NCBI GenBank assembly: GCA_963785725.1
Contig: CAWAWS010000027.1
Coordinates: 44,879-108,878, forward strand
Length of the DNA: 64,000 nt
Direction: 5' to 3'
DNA from: an uncultured delta proteobacterium
GTDB taxonomy: Bacteria; Myxococcota_A; Polyangia; Palsa-1104
The notes below the pieces were generated by a model. The model was not told where the DNA came from. It did no database searches and saw only the letters and a program-made list of their open reading frames with translations. This document shows, in pieces, positions 1 through 11,356 of the stretch (positions are counted from its first letter, which is position 1; each line of letters starts with the position of its first letter). Made by a program: the position numbers and the translations under genes.

Positions 1-69
1 CGCCGCCAGCGCGACGCCGTACGCGATCGCGATCAAAATCGGCACCAGCCAAAAGCGTCCCGGTTTCAT
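1..69 (-). CDS. N-terminus of a membrane or exported protein running off the window (MKPGRFWLVPILIAIAYGVALAA...)
   Basis: ATG at 69 overlaps the stop of the upstream ORF (TGATG); basic residues followed by a hydrophobic stretch. Confidence 0.6.
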   Translation of the reverse strand, partial: MKPGRFWLVPILIAIAYGVALAA

Positions 70-344
70 CAGCCGAGCTCCCGGCGCAGGTCGGCGAGCA
101 CGGCGTCCGTCTCGCGGCTGCCGATGAGCGTGCGCAACATCGGTCGCAGCGCCGCCAAGAGCGGCTCGAGATCGTGGTAGCCGAGCTCGTCGGGCGCTTT
201 GTGCACCGACTTTTGCGCGAACAATCGCAGCGCGTTCTTCGCCGTGTGGGGCCCGAGATATCGCGTCAGCTCTCGAATCACGACATCTGCGAACACGACC
301 GGCACCCGGGCGGGAATCCTAGCGCGGCAGTTTCGATCCGACAA
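69..344 (-). CDS. small hypothetical helical protein (true start may be GTG near 305)
   Basis: Protein-like composition; translationally coupled to the downstream gene. Confidence 0.6.
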   Translation of the reverse strand: MSDRNCRARIPARVPVVFADVVIRELTRYLGPHTAKNALRLFAQKSVHKAPDELGYHDLEPLLAALRPMLRTLIGSRETDAVLADLRRELG

Positions 345-625
345 TGACGTTCGTCTATCGCACCTTCATAGTCAGTCGCACACTTCACCCACAAACAGCG
401 ATAGTCGCGCCGTCGATGAAGCACACGACTGTTACAGCCCTTATCGCGTCATTGTCGGACTGTCGCGCTAAGGACGGCAAACGTCCGAGACTAAACGCGC
501 GACCGAGCGCTGGCTTAGCGCACTGACTATATTGAAGGAGCACGGCCACTAAGGACGCGCTCGGTTACGGTCGCTCGTCACTCAGTCGATGCGGTATTTC
601 GTGAGGATTTGTGCGGCGAGCCGCG

Positions 626-943
626 TTACGTCGCGGCGGCCGCGGCGAGCGACTTCTTGTCGCGCGGCGGCTTATCGTCGGCATCGGGCTTGCTCGGCGC
701 CAATACGACGTTCAGCTCCAACACTTCGCAACCGCCCGAGCGATCGACATTGACGCTCACTTGCCCGATGTCGATGAGCTCGTATTTGGCGATCACTTGC
801 AGCAGCTCTTGTTGCAGCTGCGGCAAATAGTCCGGCGCGTCGCGCAAGACCGAGCGCTCGCGGGCGACGATGATCTGCAGCCGATCTTTCGCGATGGACG
901 CGGTCTTCGGCTGCGAACGCTTGAAGTAATCGAGGAATCCCAT
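626..943 (-). CDS. minE: cell division topological specificity factor MinE
   Basis: MGFLDYF...TASIAKDRLQIIVARER...YLPQLQQELLQVIAKY...VLELNV; GAGG RBS; downstream of minD. Confidence 0.97.
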   Translation of the reverse strand: MGFLDYFKRSQPKTASIAKDRLQIIVARERSVLRDAPDYLPQLQQELLQVIAKYELIDIGQVSVNVDRSGGCEVLELNVVLAPSKPDADDKPPRDKKSLAAAAAT

Positions 944-967
944 GTTCAACCTCGCTTGTGAGTCGGC

Positions 968-1777
968 TCAGCCGAACAGGCGCTTCAACAATCCACGCTT
1001 CTCCATTTCGATGAAGCGATGCGGCCGCTCTTCACCGAGGAAGCGATTGACGACGTCGGTATAGGCCTGCGACACCTCGGTCAGCTCATCGAGGATGACG
1101 GGCGTGCCCTTATTGGACGCTTGCAGTACGGCGCGCGACTCGGGAATGACGCCCAAAAAGGGAATACCCAAGATCTCGAGCACGTCGGCGACCGAGAGCA
1201 TCTCGCCCTTCTGCACTTGCGCCGGCGAATAACGCGTCAGTAGCAAATGCGTGCGAATCGGCTCGCCGCCGCTCTCGGCGCGATTGGTCTTCGCATTCAA
1301 TAAGCCGAGCACGCGATCGGAGTCGCGCACCGACGAGACTTCGGGGTTCGTGACCACGATGGCTTCATCGGCAAAATACATGGCCATTTGCGCGCCCTTT
1401 TCGATACCGGCCGGCGAATCGCAAATGATGTATTCGAAGCCGAGCTCTTTGAGCTCGCTAATGACGCGGCCGACGCCTTCGGGATCGAGCGCGTCCTTAT
1501 CACGCGTCTGCGAAGCGGGCAGCATATACAGGTTCTCGATCCGCTTATCGCGGATCATGGCCTGCTGAATCTTCGCCTCGCCTTTGATGACATTGACGAG
1601 ATCGTAAATGACCCGGCGCTCGCAGCCCATGACGAGATCGAGGTTGCGCAGCCCGACGTCGAAGTCGATGGCGATGGTCTTGTGGCCGCGGAGCGCGATG
1701 CCGGTGGCAATGTTCGCGCTGGTGGTGGTCTTGCCGACACCGCCCTTACCAGACGTGATGACGATGACTTTCGACAC
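968..1777 (-). CDS. minD: septum site-determining ATPase MinD
   Basis: Deviant Walker A SGKGGVGKTT, DFDVGLRNLD, DSPAGIE, C-terminal amphipathic GLLKRLFG. Confidence 0.98.
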   Translation of the reverse strand: MSKVIVITSGKGGVGKTTTSANIATGIALRGHKTIAIDFDVGLRNLDLVMGCERRVIYDLVNVIKGEAKIQQAMIRDKRIENLYMLPASQTRDKDALDPEGVGRVISELKELGFEYIICDSPAGIEKGAQMAMYFADEAIVVTNPEVSSVRDSDRVLGLLNAKTNRAESGGEPIRTHLLLTRYSPAQVQKGEMLSVADVLEILGIPFLGVIPESRAVLQASNKGTPVILDELTEVSQAYTDVVNRFLGEERPHRFIEMEKRGLLKRLFG

Positions 1778-1882
1778 TGGAGACCTCCTGCCGTGGTCGG
1801 TTGTTTCTCGTGAGACCGCTTTTCACCAATTAGCGGCAAGCCCGCGGCTTCCGCAAATTTTCTGCGTACTTTTGTTAGTGAA

Positions 1883-2698
1883 TTAAAGCGGGCCCACTTT
1901 GACGGCGCCGTTCTCCAAGTAGACCTGTGCCGGACGTCCCAAGAGCTCCTTCGGGATGTCGTCGGCGGTCAGGAACTCGCCGGCGACGGCGATGAGCTCG
2001 GCTTCGAGGCACTGGCAGAATACGCGGGCGTCGACGTTGCCGCGGGCGCCGGCGAGCGCGCGACCGCGCAGGCGGCCGTAGATGTGAATGTGGCCGTCGG
2101 CGATGACCTGGGCGCCGGCGTTGACGGGCGCGCACACGACGAGATCGCCGTGCGAATACACGACTTGGCCGCCGCGAACGGGCTGGCTCACCGTCATCGA
2201 CTGCGCGGCCGGCTCGGCGGATGTCGCGGCCGCTTTCGGCGCGGCGGCGACGGGCGCGGCGGCCGGCTGCACCGCGCGCACCGCCTGCGGATGCGGCGCC
2301 GGCGGCTCCATGAGCGAGCTCGAGTTGGCGCGCGCGCCGCGGCTCTTGCCGAAGCCGAGCTGCACGATGGCGAGCCCGACTTCGGCCGCCAACGCCACCT
2401 GCTCCGGCGCCAAGTGCGCGACACCAATCGGAACCATGCGGCACGCCCGCACCCGCGCCACGATGTCGGCGAGCGGCAAAACGCCGGCGTTGGGATCGAT
2501 GTCGGCGACGTCGATGACGACGGGCGCGTTCAGGAACAGCTGCGGCGCCGGATCGACGCGCGCGCGCAGCTCCTTCTCGATGCGCGCAGCGTCGACGGAG
2601 CGCAGACAGATCACCGTCACCGGCGTGATGGTGCCTTTGACCTCGAGCGCCGGTCCTCCCGACGACGGCGCTAACGCCTCCGCAACATTCCTGGCCAT
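1883..2698 (-). CDS. minC: septum site-determining protein MinC
   Basis: PVRGGQVVY, GAQVIADGHIHIYGRLRGRALAG, LEAELIAVAG beta-helix motifs; upstream of minDE. Confidence 0.96.
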   Translation of the reverse strand: MARNVAEALAPSSGGPALEVKGTITPVTVICLRSVDAARIEKELRARVDPAPQLFLNAPVVIDVADIDPNAGVLPLADIVARVRACRMVPIGVAHLAPEQVALAAEVGLAIVQLGFGKSRGARANSSSLMEPPAPHPQAVRAVQPAAAPVAAAPKAAATSAEPAAQSMTVSQPVRGGQVVYSHGDLVVCAPVNAGAQVIADGHIHIYGRLRGRALAGARGNVDARVFCQCLEAELIAVAGEFLTADDIPKELLGRPAQVYLENGAVKVGPL

Positions 2699-2841
2699 GG
2701 ACGTTCTCCCCGATAGCGCTCGCGTGTCGCCGCCGGATTTGCCGATGGACGGCGGCTCACGAGAGATGCGCTTCTCGCGTCATGTTCTGCCGTCCGGCAA
2801 AACGCGCAAGTTTCCTACAGCAATCGTCACGGAGAGCCGCG

Positions 2842-4677
2842 CTAAGCAGCGGGGAGCGTGAACCAGAAGATGCTGCCGTGGCCGAGCTCGCTCTCGACGC
2901 CGATCTGGCCGCCGTGCGCCTCGACGATCTCCTTGCAGATGTAGAGGCCGAGGCCGGCGCCGCCGCGCTCGGCGCCGGGCACGCGATAGAAGCGCTCGAA
3001 CAGGTGCGGGATGAACTCGGCGGCGATGCCGCTGCCGGAGTCGGCGACCTCGAAGCGGACCTGGCCGCCGCGATGCGGCGCGGCGCGCAGCCGGACCGAG
3101 CCGCCGGCGGGCGTGTGCCGCAAGCCGTTGGTGACGAGGTTGGTGAAGACGAGGTCGAGGCGATCGGGGTCGGCGATGACCGGCCTATCGATCGTCGGCG
3201 CGCCCATCTCCAGCGTCACGTTACGCTCGCGCGCCTGCGCCGAATGCTGCGCGATGGCGGCGTCGAGCAGCGCCTGGGCCGGCAGCGGCCGCAACGACAG
3301 CTCGATGCGCCCCGACTGAATGCGCGACAGGTCGAGCAGGTCGTCGACGATGCCTTGCAGCCGCTCGCAATCTTCACGCGCCGCGAACAGGAGGTCGGCC
3401 TGCTTGGGCAAGAGCGGACCGACCGTTTCCTCGACGCACAAGTGAATCGCCATGCGCAACGACGTCAACGGCGTACGGAATTCGTGGGCCACCGTCGCCA
3501 CGAGATCGTTCTTGAGCTCGTCGAAGCGGCGCAGGCGCGTGACGTCTTGCAAGACGATCGTCAACGCGGCCACGTCGCCCGCCTCGGCGACGACGGGATG
3601 GGCGCGAATGAGCAGGAAGTGCTGGCCGTCGCGTGCCGCCACCGGCAGCGCGTCCTCGAAGCCTTTGGGCAGCCACGCGCCTTTGCCGGCGCGCACGTGC
3701 TCGACGACGTCGGCGACCTCGGCGCGCAGCGCCGGCTCCAGCACCTCCAAACCGCGGCCCTCCTCTTCGACGTCGAGGCCGAGCAGCTCGCCGGCGGCGC
3801 GGTTGGCGTTCAAGAGCTCGCCCGCGGTGCTCAAGACGATGACCGGATCGCTCAAGCTGTCGATGGTCGCCTGCGCCGCGTGCTGTGCTTGCAAGAGCTC
3901 GCCGAGCGAGCTCGAGCGATATTGCTGCAGGTGATCGGCCATCAAGTTGAAGTCGCGCGCCACCTCCGCGATCTCGTCGTGACCGCCGACGCGCGCGCGC
4001 ACCACCAGATCGCCGGCGCCGAGTCGTCGCGCCGCCTGGCTGAGCACCGACAGCGGGCGCACGAGCCGCGTCGTCAAGATCGTCGTCGCCGCCATGCCGA
4101 GCACGAACGCACCCAGCGTCAGGAGCAGCAGCGCGCCGTTCATGCGCTCGGCGTCGTGACGGGCGCGATCGCTCTTGCGCACCATGGCGTCTTGGTTGAC
4201 GTTCAAGATGTCGTCGGTGGAGCGTTCGACGGCGACCAGCGCCGGCAGCAGCGTGTCGACGTAGCGGGCGCCGATGGCGTCGGCCGGCGTGTCGTCGAGC
4301 GCCGACAGGGCGGCGAAGAAGACGCGCCAATGCTCGCGCAGCGTCGCCGTCAGCTCGCGCTCGCCCAATTCGGTGACGTTGCCCTCTTGAAACTGCAGCT
4401 GCTCGGCGAATGCGGCGCTCGCCGTCGCCTCGGCGGTCGCGTCCATCGTCGCTGTGGGTTTGCCGTGCGCCAGCGCCCGCGCCGCGGCCAGGCGACCGAG
4501 CTCGTCGGCGGAGTCGCGCATTCGCTGCGCCGCGAGCACGCTCTGGTAGTTGTCCTTCAAGATGTCCTGCGACGAGCGATCGAGCGTCGTGATGGTCCCG
4601 CGCGAGACATAGCCGACGAGCGCCAAGGCCAGCGCCAGCGGCACTTGCGCGAGCAGCAGCTTCGAACGCAGCCTCAT
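2842..4677 (-). CDS. KinB-like sensor histidine kinase (TM, periplasmic helical sensor, TM, HAMP, PAS, HisKA, HATPase)
   Basis: ATG at 4677 overlaps the kdpD stop (ATGA); H-box ATVAHEFRTPLT, N-box NLVTNG, G-boxes DSGSG and GAGLGL. Confidence 0.92.
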   Translation of the reverse strand: MRLRSKLLLAQVPLALALALVGYVSRGTITTLDRSSQDILKDNYQSVLAAQRMRDSADELGRLAAARALAHGKPTATMDATAEATASAAFAEQLQFQEGNVTELGERELTATLREHWRVFFAALSALDDTPADAIGARYVDTLLPALVAVERSTDDILNVNQDAMVRKSDRARHDAERMNGALLLLTLGAFVLGMAATTILTTRLVRPLSVLSQAARRLGAGDLVVRARVGGHDEIAEVARDFNLMADHLQQYRSSSLGELLQAQHAAQATIDSLSDPVIVLSTAGELLNANRAAGELLGLDVEEEGRGLEVLEPALRAEVADVVEHVRAGKGAWLPKGFEDALPVAARDGQHFLLIRAHPVVAEAGDVAALTIVLQDVTRLRRFDELKNDLVATVAHEFRTPLTSLRMAIHLCVEETVGPLLPKQADLLFAAREDCERLQGIVDDLLDLSRIQSGRIELSLRPLPAQALLDAAIAQHSAQARERNVTLEMGAPTIDRPVIADPDRLDLVFTNLVTNGLRHTPAGGSVRLRAAPHRGGQVRFEVADSGSGIAAEFIPHLFERFYRVPGAERGGAGLGLYICKEIVEAHGGQIGVESELGHGSIFWFTLPAA

Positions 4678-5825
4678 GGCGCCCGCTCTTCGTCGTCGAA
4701 GGAGACGATGTGCAGGTCGAAGCCGTCGCTGTCGCGGACGAGGCGCAGCGGCACCGAGCGGCCGAGCAGCTGCTTCCACCACGGCTGATGCGAGCGGCCG
4801 ATCAAGATGTGACCGACGCCGTGCGAGCGCGCGAAGTCGAGCAGGCAGTCGACCGGATCGCGGCCTTGCAAGCGGACCACTTCGGCGCCCAGCTCGCGCG
4901 CCGACTGGATGTTGTCGTGCAAGTGGCGCTGCACCTCGGCGTCGATGCGATCGGGCGACTCGCGCGGCGTCTCGACGTAGACGACGAACCAGTCGGTCGA
5001 CAGGCGGCCGGCCATGCGACTGCCGCGGCGCAACAGCGTGGCGGCGTGCGGCGGATAGGACGACATGCACACCATGACGCGGCCGCCGGCCGACCAGCGC
5101 GACGCCGATCCGACGGGCGTGCGCGCCTGCGCCGTGCGCTCGAGCGACTCGGCCACTTCGCGCAGCGACAGCTCGCGCAGCGCCGACAGGTTCTCTACTT
5201 GGAAGAAGTGCTCGAGCGCCCAGGCTACTTTGTCGGCGGGATAAATCTTGCCGCCTTCCAGTCGCTGTAAGAGGTCCTCGACGGCCAAGTCGATATTGAC
5301 GATCTGATCGGCCTGCTTCAGAAAGCCGTCGGGGATGGTCTCGCGCACTTGCACTTTGGCGTTGCGCGACACGATGTCGTTGAGGCTCTCCAAGTGCTGC
5401 ACGTTGAAGGCGCCGATGACGTTGATGCCGGCGGCGAGCAGCTCGAGCACGTCTTGGTAGCGCTTTTTGTTGCGCGCGCCGGGGACGTTGGTGTGCGCCA
5501 GCTCGTCGACGACGGCGATGGTCGGCTTGCGCGCCAAGATGGCATCGAGGTCCATCTCCTCGATGCGAACGCCGCGATATTCGAGGGCGCGGCGCGGGAC
5601 GGTCGGCAGGTCGGCGAGGAGCGCGGCGGTGTCGGCGCGGCCGTGCGTCTCGATGAAGCCGAGCACGAGATCGACGCCTCTTTGGCGCAGCGCGTGTGCC
5701 TCTTCGAGCATGCGATAGGTCTTGCCGACACCGGCGGCGAAGCCGAGATAGAGCTTGAGCCGTCCGCGCTGCGAACGCTCGACGAGCGCCAGGAAGTCCT
5801 CGGCGCGTGTGCCGGCGCGGCTCAT
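4674..5825 (-). CDS. kdpD: truncated soluble KdpD (N-terminal sensing domain plus Usp domain, no kinase core)
   Basis: GRLKLYLGFAAGVGKTY, VDELAHTN, KRYQDV, NVQHLESLND, LRELSLR; C-terminal Usp domain; no TM or H-box. Confidence 0.93.
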   Translation of the reverse strand: MSRAGTRAEDFLALVERSQRGRLKLYLGFAAGVGKTYRMLEEAHALRQRGVDLVLGFIETHGRADTAALLADLPTVPRRALEYRGVRIEEMDLDAILARKPTIAVVDELAHTNVPGARNKKRYQDVLELLAAGINVIGAFNVQHLESLNDIVSRNAKVQVRETIPDGFLKQADQIVNIDLAVEDLLQRLEGGKIYPADKVAWALEHFFQVENLSALRELSLREVAESLERTAQARTPVGSASRWSAGGRVMVCMSSYPPHAATLLRRGSRMAGRLSTDWFVVYVETPRESPDRIDAEVQRHLHDNIQSARELGAEVVRLQGRDPVDCLLDFARSHGVGHILIGRSHQPWWKQLLGRSVPLRLVRDSDGFDLHIVSFDDEERAP

Positions 5826-5842
5826 CGACGGATGAATTCAAT

Positions 5843-5858
5843 AGCACGGATTGTGCCC
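5843..5858 (-). promoter_or_regulatory. sigma54 -24/-12 promoter for kdpD and the kinase
   Basis: Minus strand reads GGGCAC-AATCC-GTGCT, a GG-N10-GC match to TGGCAC-N5-TTGC. Confidence 0.6.
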
Positions 5859-5908
5859 GACCACGTCAGGGCGCCGTCGCTGTCCGATCGCGACGACTGC
5901 TGCTCGGC

Positions 5909-5953
5909 TTGCAAAACGAAAGGGATGAGCGTACCGGCGATTGCAAAGCGCAA
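5909..5953. promoter_or_regulatory. two candidate enhancer (bEBP-binding) palindromes
   Basis: TTGCAAAACGAAA (5909-5921) and TTGCAAAGCGCAA (5941-5953), 32 bp apart, about 80-120 bp upstream of the predicted sigma54 start. Confidence 0.5.
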
Positions 5954-6005
5954 CATGACGCGCTTTTCGTTGAAGCGACCCGGGATCGGCGCTACTTCTC
6001 ACATC

Positions 6006-7403
<1,398 letters not shown>

Positions 7404-7644
7404 CGCCGGCGTAGCCCGCCGGTGACGCGCGGAGCTCGGCGCGTGCGGGTGTGCTTGTTTTTGCCGTCGCTGTTGGGGGCGCGCGTGGGTGCCGAGCGCG
7501 TGCGCCCGCGATAAACCATTGATCGGCGTGCCCGACTACACGATGGCCGGCGCGACGAAGCGACGACGCCCGCGCGCACCGCGCGCCCGGGCGCCGTCGC
7601 CGACTCGCCCAAGCCCCAGCGACCGCACGCCCCCACTTCGCCGG

Positions 7645-7899
7645 CCGCAATCCGCGCCCCACGCCGCGCAATCCGCGCCCCCACGCCGCGCAATCCGCGC
7701 CCCCACGCCGCACAATCCGCGCCCACACTCCGCGCAATCCGCGCCCGCACTCCGCGCAATCCGCGCCCGCACTCCACGCTCGCCGCGCCCCACTCCGCGC
7801 AATCCGCGCCCACACTCCGCGCAATCCGCGCCCACACTCCGCGCAATCCGCGCCCACACTCCGCGCAATCCGCGCCCGCACTCCACGCTCGCCGCGCCG
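7645..7899. repeat. intergenic 21-22 bp tandem repeat, consensus CCGCGCAATCCGCGCCCACACT
   Basis: About 10 copies of the core CAATCCGCGCCC plus two variant units (CCACGCTCGCCGCGCC); no unique spacers. Confidence 0.92.
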
Positions 7900-7910
7900 C
7901 CCGCCGCGCC

Positions 7911-8462
7911 TTACGCGCCGCCCGCCGCCCCGACCGCCGCCACCAAAGCCGCGACGCTGCGCCGCAGCGTCGCTCGATCCTCGCCGCCCATCGCCCCCTC
8001 CGCCGTCAGCCGCTGCGTCAGAAACGGCGCGAACAGCGAAGCCTCGAGCACGCGCGCCTCGAGGGTCCGCAAAATCTCCGCCAGCTGCGCCTGCGCAAAC
8101 TGTCCGCCCGCCGACGCATTCAACGCCAGCAGCGGCTTGCCCGCCAGCTCGCCGCTCGACACGATCCAATCGAGCGCATTCTTGAACGCGCCCGGCAGCC
8201 CGTGCGCATACTCCGGCACCGACACGATGAACCCATCGGCCGACCGCAACAGCGCACGCCACTCGGCGACGGCCGGCGGCGGCACGTCACCCTCCTGGTC
8301 GAGATCGGGATTGAAGCTGGGCAGCCCGCCAACGCCTTCGTACAAGAGCGTCTCGATTTCAGCCGGCACGAGCGCAAACGCCGCCCGCACCAGCCCCGCG
8401 TTCGACGACTGCGCCCGCAAGCTGCCCGACAGCCCGACGATTCGCTTCCGCTCGGCGCTCAT
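7911..8462 (-). CDS. NADPH-dependent FMN reductase
   Basis: SGSLRAQSSN, PEYAHGLPGAFKNALDW, LAGKP. Confidence 0.93.
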   Translation of the reverse strand: MSAERKRIVGLSGSLRAQSSNAGLVRAAFALVPAEIETLLYEGVGGLPSFNPDLDQEGDVPPPAVAEWRALLRSADGFIVSVPEYAHGLPGAFKNALDWIVSSGELAGKPLLALNASAGGQFAQAQLAEILRTLEARVLEASLFAPFLTQRLTAEGAMGGEDRATLRRSVAALVAAVGAAGGA

Positions 8463-8538
8463 GAGGTGGAGGCGAGCTTATCTGCACGCGCCGCTTGTCG
8501 CTCGAAAATGAGCCGAGCTCGCGCAAGATCCCGGTGCG

Positions 8539-8865
8539 TCAGCGCGGCGTGAAGGCGATGATGGCCATGCCGACCAACGCCACGGCGCCGCCGGTCAGAT
8601 CCCAACGATCGGGCCGTTGTCCGTCGACGAGCCAGAGCCAAGCGAGCGCGGTCGCGACATAGACCCCGCCGTAGGCTGCATACGTGCGTCCGGCGGAAGT
8701 GGGATGCAGCGTCAACAGCCAGACGAACAGCGACAGACTGAGCGCGGCCGGCGCTATCAATAACGGTGATTGCTGTTTGCGCAGCCATAAATACGGCAGA
8801 TAGCAGCCGACAATCTCCGCCAGCGCCGTCGCCACGAACAGTCCCAGCGTGCGTAAGACGATCAT
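8539..8865 (-). CDS. ynfA: YnfA/UPF0060 small membrane protein
   Basis: [35 protein letters not shown] at 8865 overlaps the porin stop. Confidence 0.9.
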   Translation of the reverse strand: MIVLRTLGLFVATALAEIVGCYLPYLWLRKQQSPLLIAPAALSLSLFVWLLTLHPTSAGRTYAAYGGVYVATALAWLWLVDGQRPDRWDLTGGAVALVGMAIIAFTPR

Positions 8866-10301
8866 AGGCGTAAGGTCGCATTGACGATCAACCGATCGTC
8901 GCTCTTTTCGAGATCGGGCGTGAACGTCGGGACCAAAGGCGCCTGAATTCCGCCGGGGCCGGTGATGCCGCCGTGGCCGGCGAAATAGGGCTGATTCGAG
9001 GCCCGATGCGAATATTCGAGGCGGAAGAGCACCCACGGCGACGGCTGAAAGTCGTTGGTGATGCTGAAGCCGCCGAGCAGATAAGGCCCCTTGCTCGGCA
9101 GTGAATAGGGATCGCCGAGCGGCAGCCGCATGATGATTGAGCCGCGCTGGTCGTAAAAGACATCGCCGCGCACCGTCGTCGCCAGCCAGTCGGTCCAGGC
9201 GACGCGATGCGCGAGGCTCATGCCGCCCATCCAGCCGTTGGGCGTCGGCGCGCCGCGCTTCTCGTAGCCGATATCGCCGGTAAACGAAATGGCGGCGCTG
9301 TGAATCTTATGGGGGTTGCCGCCTTTGTAATATTCGATCTGCACGTTGCTGTCGCTCCACGGACGCAGCGAATGCGGGTCGTTCTCGACCTCTTGGCCGA
9401 TATAGAACGAGTTGACGAGCGAGAGCCACTGCCGCGGACGCCAGTTGACGAGATAGCCGCCGGCCTTGCCTTCGTGCCATTGACCGAACGTTTGCCAGCC
9501 ATTGACGAGCCAGAGCTCGACCTTCAAACGCCGCGTCGCGAAGATTTGTGTCCGTAAGCCAAAGAAGTAATAGGGCGTAAAGTCCGATAAGAACGCGTGC
9601 GTATAAGACCAGTTCTCTTGCGGGAGATAGCTCTCGAGACCGACATAAGAGGGAAAGATGCCGAGCTCGATGTTGAGGCCGTGCAGCAGATGAAAGTGCC
9701 AGCCGACCGCCGCTTGCTCGATGTATTTGAAGACGCTGGCCGACAAGAAATAGCCGCGCGTCACGGTCGGGTCTTGACCGGCGTCGGTCTCGACGTTGGA
9801 GCCGTATTGAATGTAAATGCGGCCGAGGGGACCGTCCAAACCGGTGACGTCGACGCCGAGAATCCCGAGGTTGAAGGAGATCTCGTTATGGCGCGCCGCG
9901 ACCGTCGTCGGGAAGATCGTGTGATCGATGGGCGCGTGGAATTGATAGGCATAATAGGCGTCGATATAGATCGACCACGTGAGCGGCCCCGACACGAGCA
10001 GCGATTGCGGCTGATTGTTGTTGCCGTTGAGCCAGCTGAAGTCGAATTCACCGAAGGTCGGCTCGCGCTCGTCGAGCCGTAACGGCTTGGCCGGCGCGCT
10101 CGGTGGCGGCGAAGCCGACGGCGCGGGCACGCTCGGCGGCGGCGCGGCCAGCTTTTGCTGCAGCGCCTTCAGCTCCGCCTCGAGGTGCAGGATGCGCGCG
10201 TGATCGGCGGCGGCGTCAGCGGCCGCCGGCGACTCTTGCGCCGCGGCGACGGGCGCCACGGCCAGAAAGACCCACACGAGGGCAAAACGGCAGCGCGACA
10301 T
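8862..10301 (-). CDS. outer-membrane beta-barrel porin (DUF1597/BBP2-like)
   Basis: AAGGAG RBS, signal peptide, coiled-coil and Pro linker, [32 protein letters not shown]. Confidence 0.75.
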   Translation of the reverse strand: MSRCRFALVWVFLAVAPVAAAQESPAAADAAADHARILHLEAELKALQQKLAAPPPSVPAPSASPPPSAPAKPLRLDEREPTFGEFDFSWLNGNNNQPQSLLVSGPLTWSIYIDAYYAYQFHAPIDHTIFPTTVAARHNEISFNLGILGVDVTGLDGPLGRIYIQYGSNVETDAGQDPTVTRGYFLSASVFKYIEQAAVGWHFHLLHGLNIELGIFPSYVGLESYLPQENWSYTHAFLSDFTPYYFFGLRTQIFATRRLKVELWLVNGWQTFGQWHEGKAGGYLVNWRPRQWLSLVNSFYIGQEVENDPHSLRPWSDSNVQIEYYKGGNPHKIHSAAISFTGDIGYEKRGAPTPNGWMGGMSLAHRVAWTDWLATTVRGDVFYDQRGSIIMRLPLGDPYSLPSKGPYLLGGFSITNDFQPSPWVLFRLEYSHRASNQPYFAGHGGITGPGGIQAPLVPTFTPDLEKSDDRLIVNATLRL

Positions 10302-10559
10302 CGCGGTCTCCTTGCGCACGACGAGGGCGCGACGATCTCCCGCCGGACGGCCCAGCGTCAACTTTTGTCGACGGCAACCGCAACGGAGCGGCGATTTGCG
10401 CGGATTCGTGCGAGCGCGCGTGACTCGGCGTCGCAGCCGTTTCCCGACCGTCACGGGATGGCCAGGCTCGCCGGCCCGCGCGGTCGCCGAGCGAGCGAGC
10501 GTGGGCTCGGCCGCTAAGTCGCCCCTTGGCCGTGCGCAATGGCAGGCGCGTCGCGCGTT

Positions 10560-10579
10560 TCTATCGAACGTTCGATAGA
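10560..10579. promoter_or_regulatory. perfect 20-bp palindrome, candidate operator
   Basis: TCTATCGAAC|GTTCGATAGA between divergent genes. Confidence 0.55.
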
Positions 10580-10659
10580 CCGACCGCACTAAGCGTGACT
10601 CTCGCCGCCCGCTCATTTTCTGACTGGCCGAGCGACCGTTCGAGGTCAAACTAAGGGGA

Positions 10660-11280
10660 ATGCGATTTTCGCCCCTCTTGGTCATCGTGCTGGCTACAGT
10701 CCTCGTCGCCGGTTGTGCGACCTACTCAGCGGCGCCGCGGCGAATCTGCGTGGTCGAGCCGGGCTCGAAGCTCCAGGCATTCCAGGCGCTGCAGTCACGG
10801 CGCGGGCCGACCCGCTTCGCGCAGGTGACGCCGACGATCTATCGCGGCGGCGAGCCCAACGAGGAGCAGATGGCGCAGCTGAGCGCGCTCGGCGTGCGCA
10901 CCATCATCGACCTGCGCAATCGGCCGCTCGACGTGGCCGCCGAGGCCGCGAGCGCCCGCAAGGTGGGCATCCAGGCGCTCAATTTCCCGTTCAGCGGCCT
11001 ATCGGAGCCGGACCCGGCGGTGCTGCAGCACGCGGTGGCGGCGATTCAGGGGGCGTCGTCGGGCTCGGTCTACGTGCATTGCCAGCAGGGCCGCGATCGC
11101 ACGTCGCTCATCGTCGCGCTCTACCGCGTCTGGGTCGAAGGCTGGAATCCCAATGTCGCCTGGCGCAAGGAGGCGCTCGACTTCGGGCACGGCGGCATGC
11201 GCGCCATCTTCTTCCGCAAGCTCGACCGCGTGTTCGTGCGGCTGACCGCGCCGACGGCGACGGCGCCGCATCTCACCTGA
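10660..11280 (+). CDS. lipoprotein tyrosine/dual-specificity phosphatase family protein
   Basis: Lipobox VAGC; IYRGGEP, GVRTIIDLR, P-loop VHCQQGRDRT (CX5R). Confidence 0.88.
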   Translation: MRFSPLLVIVLATVLVAGCATYSAAPRRICVVEPGSKLQAFQALQSRRGPTRFAQVTPTIYRGGEPNEEQMAQLSALGVRTIIDLRNRPLDVAAEAASARKVGIQALNFPFSGLSEPDPAVLQHAVAAIQGASSGSVYVHCQQGRDRTSLIVALYRVWVEGWNPNVAWRKEALDFGHGGMRAIFFRKLDRVFVRLTAPTATAPHLT

Positions 11281-11356
11281 CCTGACGACCTGACGCGCGC
11301 CCATCGGCCGCGCGACCGCAGCACACCCAACGAATCCTTAAAGCAGCAATGAGCGG

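Noticed and set aside
2842..5847. Single 1001-aa KdpD-kinase fusion ORF
   Set aside because: The N-terminal part is an off-frame reading of kdpD; the kinase starts at ATG 4677 with a clean ATGA overlap and its own TM segment
7645..7899. CRISPR array
   Set aside because: Units are directly adjacent with no unique spacers, and no cas genes are present
10302..10560. c-di-AMP (ydaO) riboswitch before the porin
   Set aside because: Conserved ydaO sequence elements could not be found by eye
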